The notes beneath the pieces were generated by a model. That model did not search any database, was not told the DNA's origin, and was given only the letters and a program-made list of their open reading frames with translations. This document shows, piece after piece, positions 27,632 through 35,249 of a DNA stretch of 40,891 bases (position 1 is the first letter of the stretch; each line of letters opens with the position of its first letter). A program made the position numbers and the translations under genes. Origin of the DNA: an uncultured Clostridia bacterium (lineage in GTDB: Bacteria > Bacillota > Clostridia > Oscillospirales > UBA644); the NCBI GenBank assembly GCA_944386305.1, contig CALXAN010000061.1:1-40891 (forward strand). Direction: 5' to 3'.

Positions 27632-27925
27632 CTATCCTGCGGACAGCATTCCTATCAGGAATGTTACCACGGCGCCTGCCAGCGCCGTGATTATCGCCGC
27701 GATTATCTGCTGGATCCGCCGTTTCGGCGCTGCGTCTATTTCTTCAAGCTTGCGCTCGTGGCGCGCTATCTGCTCTTCGGTGTGCTCCAGGTCGTTGGAC
27801 AGCGTTATCAGCGTCTCCTTTACTTCCCTGAGCTCGTCGTCCGATTCTTTGAGCTCGGCCAGGTCGCGCTCGATTGTCTTGAGTCTCTGTTCGCATCGCT
27901 CGGCGAATAAATATATGTCTTCCAT
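27632..27925 (-). CDS. Coiled-coil + C-terminal TM protein, XhlA/phage lysis-module-like (97 aa)
   Basis: Charged heptad region, then PKRR and a hydrophobic C-terminal helix; AAGGAGG RBS. Confidence 0.7.
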   Translation of the reverse strand: MEDIYLFAERCEQRLKTIERDLAELKESDDELREVKETLITLSNDLEHTEEQIARHERKLEEIDAAPKRRIQQIIAAIITALAGAVVTFLIGMLSAG

Positions 27926-28294
27926 AGCGGCCTCCTTTCCTTTTGTGCGTCCGCAGCTATATAATACACTTTAAACCGGACAATCCGTGTCCTGTTAAGA
28001 AAAAAAACATACCGCGCGGCGGCCTGAAAAAAAGAGGCGCCTTAAGCGTCGATGTTCTTAAAGTCTGCAGTCCCCCCCCCCGAGTCAGAACCGCCGCGCC
28101 GAAACCGCGGTCCGCTGTCTGAGGCCGTATACAGCTGCGCCGAAGGATATTTTCACGGTCTGCCTGAGAATATTTCAGACTTACAGTTTTTGTCTTCCGC
28201 CGTGCGCCTGCATATTTTTATCGCGGTGCGTGCGGGATCTTTCGGGAATTTTGCGGCTTTTTGCCCCAGGCTGTTCGGATCGGCGCAGGCCGCC

Positions 28295-28323
28295 TTGACA
28301 GGTGCGGAAAACTGTGTTATAAT
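28295..28323 (+). promoter_or_regulatory. Consensus sigmaA promoter
   Basis: TTGACA-17 nt-TATAAT with extended TG. Confidence 0.85.
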
Positions 28324-28329
28324 ACTCCA

Positions 28330-28422
28330 AACTAATCTGCCACCGGGCAGCAAAAGAATGCATCGGGCATTCGCCGCACATCGTTAGGTCTTGGAAGATG
28401 TGCGTGCGGGTGCCCGTTTTTT
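28330..28422 (+). ncRNA. Guanidine-IV (GGAM-1/mepA motif) riboswitch
   Basis: First hairpin CTGC-CACCGG-GCAG, A-rich linker, then a long terminator CGGGCATTCGC.CGCACATC..AGGTC..GATGTGCG.GCGGGTGCCCG-TTTTTT with GGT in its loop complementary to ACC; sits upstream of a PnuC-like gene. Confidence 0.8.
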
Positions 28423-28429
28423 GTAGGAG

Positions 28430-29134
28430 ATGAGGAAGATGAAAAAAGGAAGTTTTGCTTTTTCCAAAGCGGAAATCGCCCTTTGGTCAGGTTCGGTGCT
28501 GCTGATAACGGCGTCCTATTTTGTGTTCGGCGCTCAGAGCCTGCTGACTCTCGCGGCTTCGCTGGTGGGCACTACCGCGCTGATATTCAACGCCAAGGGC
28601 TACCCGTTGGGGCAGGTGCTGATGATAGTGTTCAGCCTTATGTACGGAGCCATATCGCTGGGCTTCGCCTATTACGGAGAGATGATAACCTATCTGGGCA
28701 TGAGCGCGCCCATGGCCGTGTTTTCGCTGGTGTCGTGGCTCAGGCACCCCTTCGAGCGCGGCAAAGCCGAAGTGCGCGTCAACCGCATCTCCGCGGCGGA
28801 GGCGGGGCTGATGTTCGTGCTCTGCGCAGGTGTGACAGCGGCGTTTTATTTTATATTGGAGGCCCTTGGCACCGCGAATTTAGTGCCCTCCACCGTGTCT
28901 GTCGCCACGAGCTTTTTGGCCGCGTACCTGACGTTCAGGCGCAGCCCGTTTTTCGCGCTGGCCTACGCCGCGAACGACGCGGTGCTCATAGTGCTGTGGG
29001 TCATGGCCGCGATGAGCGATGCGTCTTATGTGTCGGTGGTGGTATGTTTCGCGGCGTTTCTTGTAAATGATTTATACGGCTTCTTTAACTGGCGCCGTAT
29101 GCAGCGCCGCCAGTCCGCCGTCTCCGCGCTTTAG
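28430..29134 (+). CDS. PnuC-like membrane transporter, likely guanidine-related (start may be 28439)
   Basis: ~7 TM helices; LIFNAKGYPLGQ, YYGEMITY, YAANDAVLIVLW, NDLYGFFNW. Confidence 0.85.
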   Translation: MRKMKKGSFAFSKAEIALWSGSVLLITASYFVFGAQSLLTLAASLVGTTALIFNAKGYPLGQVLMIVFSLMYGAISLGFAYYGEMITYLGMSAPMAVFSLVSWLRHPFERGKAEVRVNRISAAEAGLMFVLCAGVTAAFYFILEALGTANLVPSTVSVATSFLAAYLTFRRSPFFALAYAANDAVLIVLWVMAAMSDASYVSVVVCFAAFLVNDLYGFFNWRRMQRRQSAVSAL

Positions 29135-29584
29135 ACTGCCGAAAGAAGAGTAAAAAATATAGCAGTTATCCTGCTGTTTTGTGCCTTGAGCGAAAGCGCA
29201 TTGAGATACAGAGTATGCAGACGGGGGATATTCGCGGACAGAAGCAAAAAGCTTATGGGAATACGGAAAAACGGTAGAGTTTGGCTGCAGGCTGGAAACG
29301 GTTGTTTTAAGATAAAAAATTACTTTCTGAGCCTTATACTGTGCGGTGCGGCGCAGCCTCTTTCTGCGGATCTGTGTTTTTTCCTCAATTATGCGTAAAA
29401 CGGGAGTAATCGTACTTGCCGGTGAAAGGTTTTGCCTGATTTTTGCGGGTGTTTTTGGTAATTTTTTCGACAAAAAAGGTCTTGCAAATCAGAGGGAATT
29501 ATGGTAGTATAATAGTGCAATACAGAAAAAAGGTCTGAGTGCGGCGCGCTCCGTGCACGGGCCGGATGAAAGGACGTATAGACA

Positions 29585-31765
29585 GTGAATCGAAGAAAGA
29601 ACAAAATTTGGGCCTGCCTGTTGTCCGTCGTGATGATAGTCAGCCTTCTGCCCGCCGCGGCGTTTGCGTTGGACGGCGACGGCACGAGCGACAGCCCTTA
29701 CCTGGTCGGCACCGAAGCTGAGCTGAGAGAGGCGATCGCTTTGGACAATGCATATATCCAGCTGACTGCGGACATCGAGCTGCAGAGCCACCTGGAAATA
29801 AGCAAATCCGTCACCATCATAGGCACGAACGGGACGGACAACCGGCAGATAAACAATAAGATAGTATATGTCAGCGGAGACGGCATTACGGTCAATTTTA
29901 CTAATGTCGATTTCTCGCGCACTTCCGGCAACTGTTTGTTGGTTGTAGGGCGGAATATGGCCCAAACCGCCGCTTCTTCCCCCACGGTCGTGCTGGAGGG
30001 CTGCAATATATCCAGCACTTCCAGCAACACGAACGGCACCGTTAACTTTACGGGCGGCTCGTTGACCATGACTGACAGCTCCGTGTCGGGCGCTCCCTAC
30101 GGTATTATATTAAACGGTCTGTTAAATAATTCTCCCATAGCGGGCGATGTGTCCCGCACGCTTGTCCTGACCGATACGGATGTGACGAGCAGCGCCGCGA
30201 ACGGCGGCAAGGCCATAATCACCAATGTCGGCACAAAAAGCGGCGACACGATTTCCGTAACGGGCGGCACGCTTTCCGGCTGGAACGCGTTTACGTTTAT
30301 GGGCTCCGGCGTGCGGACTACGCTGACCGACGTGACGATTGAGTGCGAAAATCCTTATTCCAGCGGACAGAACAATTACGGCGCCATAGTTTTCGGCGCT
30401 TCCAGCGACAATGACCTTATTTACGGCAACTCCGTTACCGTAAACGGCGGGTCCGTTACCTGCGCGGGCAACGGTACCAGCTCTTCCAATGAGTATGTCG
30501 CCAGCTTTTACAATACTGACAATACCTTGAGCTTTTCCGGTACGGAAATCAGCGCAAGCGGGAATACGAGCGAGGCGTTTTTCATCTACAGCTTCGTTAC
30601 GTCCTCCAGTTCTCCCTATGCGGCCTACAGGCCCGGCGACGCCGAGCCCGTCACTCTTGACGGCGTAAGCTTCAATGGCTTTATGATAGAGGCCGCCGGC
30701 GAGAAGTTTATAAATATCTACAGCTCCCTTGCCGAGGCGGTAAGCGCCGCAGAGGCCGGCAATACCGTCGTCCTGGGCCAGGATACGGCTGAAAATGTAA
30801 CTGTCGATAAGGATATCGTCATAGATTTCAACGGCAAAACCGCCGACGGCGTAGTTCCTGCCGACGGCAGCGTGCTTGTATACGACAAGGACGAGCAAAC
30901 CGTTTCTCAGGTTGAGCCCGAGAACCTTTCCGAGGCCGTTTCGATAGATGAGTTCGGCTTCAAGGCCGACGCTTCCGATGCAGCCGCTGCGATAAACGAA
31001 GCTCTCGGTAACGGTACTGTGTCCGACTGCGACGACAATACGGCGTATATTGTGCTGAGCAATCGCGTAAAGGGCGACCTTACCGTGCGCGTAACCAAGG
31101 GCGACCAGGCCGTCTATACCGAGACTCTGACAGATGCGGCCAGCGCCAAGACGGTTTACTTTACCTTTGAGCCGGACGGAGGCTCCGCGGCGCAGCTGCC
31201 CATAGCCGCAGGCGAGTACAAGGTCGAGCTTATGGCGGGCGATATTGTGGTAGCTTCCGCGACCTTAAAGATATATGAAGTGCGTTTCGACGCAGACGGC
31301 AATGTGACTTCGGGCGGTTTCTTTATGCTCGATGACGTCGCTTCTGCCTCAACGCCTGCCGACCCCTCCAAAGAGGGCTATGTGTTTAAGGGCTGGGGCG
31401 AAGCTGTGACGGACGATACTGCCTGCACCGTTACCTACACGGCGCAGTGGGAAGAGGAGCCTACCGATCCCGATCCCGAGGATCCCACAGATCCCGATCC
31501 TGAAGATCCCACAGATCCCGATCCCGAGGATCCCACGGATCCCGATCCTGAAGATCCCACGGATCCTGATCCCGAGGATCCCACAGATCCCGATCCTGAG
31601 GATCCCACAGATCCTGATCCCGAGGATCCCTCCGACACTGATGACGATACGGATTCTCCCGGCACGGCCGACAGCGCAGAGCTTTGGATTTGGGCTTCGC
31701 TGACGCTTGTTTGCGCAGGCGCTGTTATTACCCTGACAGTTAGGCGCAGAAAGCAGACTGTATAA
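29585..31765 (+). CDS. Cell-surface protein: signal peptide, beta-helix-like S/T/G/N-rich region, InlB B-repeat-like domain, PTDPDPED stalk, sortase-type anchor (726 aa)
   Basis: GDGTSDSPYLV N-terminal motif; PADPSKEGYVFKGW..VTYTAQW; SPGTAD + TM + RRRK. Confidence 0.85.
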   Translation: MNRRKNKIWACLLSVVMIVSLLPAAAFALDGDGTSDSPYLVGTEAELREAIALDNAYIQLTADIELQSHLEISKSVTIIGTNGTDNRQINNKIVYVSGDGITVNFTNVDFSRTSGNCLLVVGRNMAQTAASSPTVVLEGCNISSTSSNTNGTVNFTGGSLTMTDSSVSGAPYGIILNGLLNNSPIAGDVSRTLVLTDTDVTSSAANGGKAIITNVGTKSGDTISVTGGTLSGWNAFTFMGSGVRTTLTDVTIECENPYSSGQNNYGAIVFGASSDNDLIYGNSVTVNGGSVTCAGNGTSSSNEYVASFYNTDNTLSFSGTEISASGNTSEAFFIYSFVTSSSSPYAAYRPGDAEPVTLDGVSFNGFMIEAAGEKFINIYSSLAEAVSAAEAGNTVVLGQDTAENVTVDKDIVIDFNGKTADGVVPADGSVLVYDKDEQTVSQVEPENLSEAVSIDEFGFKADASDAAAAINEALGNGTVSDCDDNTAYIVLSNRVKGDLTVRVTKGDQAVYTETLTDAASAKTVYFTFEPDGGSAAQLPIAAGEYKVELMAGDIVVASATLKIYEVRFDADGNVTSGGFFMLDDVASASTPADPSKEGYVFKGWGEAVTDDTACTVTYTAQWEEEPTDPDPEDPTDPDPEDPTDPDPEDPTDPDPEDPTDPDPEDPTDPDPEDPTDPDPEDPSDTDDDTDSPGTADSAELWIWASLTLVCAGAVITLTVRRRKQTV
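31460..31627 (+). repeat. Intragenic 24-bp tandem repeat x7 (PTDPDPED)
   Basis: CC.AC.GATCC.GATCC.GA.GAT x7, varying only at synonymous sites. Confidence 0.95.
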
Positions 31766-31788
31766 AGTATTATAGTTAAATCATACAA

Positions 31789-31830
31789 ACAGGCGCCGCA
31801 TAAATGTGCGGCGCCTGTCTTTGCTTTTTT
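31789..31830 (+). terminator. Intrinsic terminator
   Basis: ACAGGCGCCGCA-loop-TGCGGCGCCTGT followed by a T-rich tail. Confidence 0.85.
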
Positions 31831-31953
31831 TATGTCTGAAAAGTAATCTCATGGAGGCAGAGAAAAAAACGAAAGGACAGCCCTCATGAAGCCATGAAAG
31901 ATAAGCCGCCGGAACCCGAAAGGAATAATCCCTATGCGTACAAGGGGCAATAC

Positions 31954-32577
31954 TAAGCTGCCGAACGACGAACCCGATATGGCTTTAAGCGGCTGATTAT
32001 CTGCGTTAAAATCCGAAAGGATCCCTTGTCCGCACAAAATCCGTCTGCTTAAAACCCACCGAAAAGAGACGAATTTTTACCTTTGCAGTCTTGCGGGGTT
32101 ATTCTCCTTTGTAGATCTGCGGGGGGTGTACGTTAAAGATACCGAAGCGCATTTTTTTCGGCATATTTTGTTCGACTCCCGGCAGCTTGGCTGCCGAAAA
32201 CCGAACCCGATATGGTTTTAAGCGGATGATTTTCGTGTGTACAGCGTTTTAATCAGAAAAGGATGTTTTTGTCCCTTGTCCGCACAAAAATCCGCCCGCT
32301 TAAAACTGCACGCACCGAAAAAACAGCGAAGAGAGATAATTTGCAGACCTGGCGTCAAAGACGCTTATTTTTTTCGGCATATCGTATACATCTCCCGGCA
32401 GCTTAAGCTGCCGGGAGATGTATACAGTATTCTGATTTGGCGCACGCACTGCGTTATATTAATCCGAAAGAATCGACCGCCCAATAATTTGCTCCCGAAA
32501 AGCGGTGCCTTTCGCCTTCTGCGGACGTACGTCAAAGACGCAGCGGCATATTTTTGGCATATTTACTGCCTTAAGCT
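31954..32577 (+). mobile_element. Three tandem copies (D-F) of the dispersed MITE/REP-like element
   Basis: Units bounded by TAAGCTG/CAGCTT at ~31954, 32188, 32404 and 32577; shared blocks AATCCGAAAG, CTTGTCCGCACAAAAATCCG, CGTCAAAGAC, TTTTCGGCATAT; perfect 42-bp palindrome at 32384-32425. Confidence 0.78.
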
Positions 32578-32800
32578 AACCCCCGAAAGAGCTGAAACTT
32601 TCGTATGTATGAACAATGCCATAGTCGGCATGAGGTCTGTCTGCTTTAAAAAAAATATTTTAGGTCTTCGGCTGCGCTCAGGCGATGCTTGTATTTCTGC
32701 GCCTGTTAACGGGCGGCGTTTTATCGAGACGGGGGTTAATTGGTGAGAATCCCGCAGGCGCGGAACGATAAATAATGAGTAAAAAGCAGGCGGACTGTTT

Positions 32801-33328
32801 TTACTCCGCCTGCTTGCCGAGCGCGTCCAGCAGCGGCGTAAGGTATTTCCTGTCGGTCCAGTCGCATTTTTTGCCCGCCGCCTCCGCCAATGCCTTCATC
32901 CACGGTTCATACGTGTTCGGGTCCTGCTTCTGCAGCGACTTTATCAGCAGCTTGCACATGGTCCTGTCCGTAAAGGACATTTTGCTCTCGTCCCATGCGC
33001 CCCGCGCGTAAAAGACGGGTATGTCCGTCAGTTTGCCGCTCATGTTTCGTTCCTTCAGCTTTTCAAAAGCCTCCGCGTCGAACGGCGACGCGCCTACGCA
33101 CAGCACGGCCGCTTTGCCCTCGTGCGCCGAAATAAGCTTTTTCAGCCGCGGCAGCCCAGATATGCCCGAGGCGTATATCGCGCCGCAGAATATCAGCATC
33201 CCCTTGATATCCGCCGCCCTTACCTCGGATATGTCCCTGCAGGCGTATCCCGTGTCTTCGCTGAGCCATTCGGCGTATTTCTTGGCTGACCCGTATTTGG
33301 AGCTGTAGACGATGAGTCCGTTTTGCAT
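32801..33328 (-). CDS. Flavodoxin-domain protein (HemG/Flavodoxin_5-like)
   Basis: IVYSSKYGSAKKYAEWL, GAIYASGI, FYARGAWD; AGGAG RBS. Confidence 0.88.
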   Translation of the reverse strand: MQNGLIVYSSKYGSAKKYAEWLSEDTGYACRDISEVRAADIKGMLIFCGAIYASGISGLPRLKKLISAHEGKAAVLCVGASPFDAEAFEKLKERNMSGKLTDIPVFYARGAWDESKMSFTDRTMCKLLIKSLQKQDPNTYEPWMKALAEAAGKKCDWTDRKYLTPLLDALGKQAE

Positions 33329-33343
33329 AAGCGTCTCCTCTCG

Positions 33344-33922
33344 TTACCGTTTATTTTTCTTCTTTTTCTTCTTGCTTTTTTCCTGTCCCTCGGCTGCCAG
33401 GAAGGCCTCAAAGGCCTCTTTTTGCTTCGAGTATATTTCATCAATCTTTATGCCGGGATATGCTGCAGAGAATATTGCGCCCAGCCCTACGGTGTATATC
33501 AGCATGTGCAGGTGCAGCCTCTCTGCCTGCGCGGTCTGCGTGCCGAGCTGCTTGGCCGCGTTCGGGTCGGCGTATGCGGCGTATAACTCCCTCAGAGACG
33601 ATATCCCTCGGCGCCTGTGCGTGATAAATATCCTGAAAAGTTCGGGCTCCTCTTCTGCAAACTGTATATACGCCCTGCCAGTCCCCGCCAAAGCGTCCTC
33701 GCCCGCGCGCTTTTTTGCAAACTCTGCGGCGAAAGCGTCCGTCATGTTCTCCACGTCCTGCCTCAGCGCGCCAATGTCTGCGTAGCAGCTGTATATCGGC
33801 TGGGGCGAGCAGTCGAGCCTTTTTTCTATGTTTTTAAGTGTGACCGCCTGCATTCCGCCCTTCCTCGCGGCCTCAAACGCCGCATTCGCCACGTCCTGTT
33901 TTGTAATTCTCTGTTTAGGCAT
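33344..33922 (-). CDS. TetR/AcrR-family regulator (WHG-like C-terminus, 192 aa)
   Basis: MPKQRITKQDVANAAFE..GMQAVTLKNI..CSPQPIYS; GRAYIQFAEEEPELFR; AAGGGG RBS before ATG 33922. Confidence 0.88.
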   Translation of the reverse strand: MPKQRITKQDVANAAFEAARKGGMQAVTLKNIEKRLDCSPQPIYSCYADIGALRQDVENMTDAFAAEFAKKRAGEDALAGTGRAYIQFAEEEPELFRIFITHRRRGISSLRELYAAYADPNAAKQLGTQTAQAERLHLHMLIYTVGLGAIFSAAYPGIKIDEIYSKQKEAFEAFLAAEGQEKSKKKKKKNKR

Positions 33923-34043
33923 TTTTGTATCCCCTTTCTGAAGTTTAAGCATAAAAAATCTCTGACAAAAGGCAAATAATTTTTGCGCAACAGCGCCGCA
34001 AAACCGTTTTTTATATAACCCCCTTATTCGATTCCTACTGCGG

Positions 34044-34205
34044 GCCTTCGCGGAGGACGTGCGACTTGTTTGCAGATTAACAGGCATTCGCGGAGGGCAT
34101 GCGACTTGTTTGCAGATTAACAGGCCTTCACCGAGGACGTGCGACTTGTTTGCGTATTAAATAGACTTTTGCAGAGGGGAGTACGACTCGGCTGCAGGTT
34201 AAATA
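34044..34205. repeat. Tandem repeat, ~4 units of 40 bp in the tetR leader
   Basis: GCCTTCGCGGAGGACGTGCGACTTGTTTGCAGATTAACAG at 34044, 34084 and 34124, plus a degenerate fourth unit. Confidence 0.9.
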
Positions 34206-34265
34206 AGTTATTTATATAAATCATTTATATAAGTTGATTATATACGATTGCGCGCGCTTTGTCAA
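34203..34265 (-). promoter_or_regulatory. sigmaA promoter with probable TetR operator
   Basis: Minus strand TTGACA (34265-34260)-17 nt-TATAAT (34242-34237); palindrome TTATATAAAT-C-ATTTATATAA just downstream. Confidence 0.7.
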
Positions 34266-34278
34266 TATTTTTTTGCAT

Positions 34279-34302
34279 AAAAAAACCTGCCGTACGGCAG
34301 GG
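34279..34302 (-). terminator. rnpB terminator
   Basis: CCTGCC-GTAC-GGCAGG followed by a T run on the minus strand. Confidence 0.7.
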
Positions 34303-34319
34303 AAAAAATACGAAAAAAA

Positions 34320-34673
34320 GATCTGCAAGCTTATAAGCCGAGTTCTGTAAGAGCGCGGCGCGCTCTCCGCAGTCATCTATCTGGAATGCATGTCGCCATG
34401 CACTTCAAGCTACCTCTGAGACGGGATGGGCGGCCCTGATGTCTCTTATGCGGTATTGCTCCGAATAGGGTTTACACGGCGGGCGGTGTTGCCATCGCCC
34501 CGGTGAGCTCTTACCTCGCCTTTTCATCATTGCCCGGAGGCTGTTTTTTTCTGTTGCACTTTCCCGGAGGTTGCCCTCGGCGGACGTTATCCGTTATTCT
34601 TGCCCATGGGAGCTCGGACTTTCCTCAGGAGGAGCCTTTCGGCGCTCTCCCGCGACTGCGCGGCTTGCAGATC
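34320..34673 (-). ncRNA. rnpB: RNase P RNA (type A)
   Basis: Minus strand contains GAGGAAAGTCCGAGCTCC, GGAAAGTGCAACAGAAA, GGTAAGAGC, AGATAGATGACTG and ACAGAACTCGGCTTA; P1 formed by GATCTGCAAGC/GCTTGCAGATC. Confidence 0.97.
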
Positions 34674-34713
34674 GTTTCTTCATACGCGGCGCACATTCTG
34701 TACGCTACTGTTA

Positions 34714-34742
34714 ATTATATTATTTTATACCCGTTCTGTCAA
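34714..34742 (-). promoter_or_regulatory. sigmaA promoter of rnpB
   Basis: TTGACA-17 nt-TATAAT on the minus strand. Confidence 0.8.
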
Positions 34743-34981
34743 CTGCCGCGCTTAAAAAATCCTTTTAGTCCGCTCAAAACTAAGATATATTTGCAAAATG
34801 ATACGCTACAGTCAAATATTGAAGTTTTCTTGAAATCAGGTATTTTTAAAAAAACTTCATTCTTAGCCCGACTTCTTCTCTGTTTGGCGGGCGGCTGTGC
34901 CCGGCGTTTTGTTTATACAACGCCGGGCTCAGAACGGTCCGATTTTTTGTATTAATGCGATCGATTTTTTTGAAAAGGCTA

Positions 34982-35010
34982 TTGACAAGCCCGATTTATT
35001 ATGGTAACAT
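34982..35010 (+). promoter_or_regulatory. sigmaA promoter of rpoBC
   Basis: TTGACA-17 nt-TAACAT with extended TG. Confidence 0.65.
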
Positions 35011-35249
35011 AATATACTGCATCATGATAATAATGGGAACGTGTGCGGTCAGGGCGAGTCTTGTCTGCGGGCGCAGGGCGCCCGGACGCGGTTTTGGGCA
35101 CGGTTTGGCGTTTTTTTGCGCATGTTCGGTCGGAGCGGTCCGCCGCGGAAGGGTCGGTGTTTCGCGCCGTCCGCTTTCGTGCGGAATCGCGCGGAATGAT
35201 TATGAGTTTTTTTTGTTCTTTAAATAATTTAGTTGGAGATGATTACAGA

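Noticed and set aside
35043-35249. 69-aa N-terminal extension of RpoB in the ORF track (similar extensions for tetR, nfnA, paralog 3 and the 15864 ORF)
   Set aside because: The downstream ATGs have proper RBSs and match family N-termini; the extensions look non-coding.
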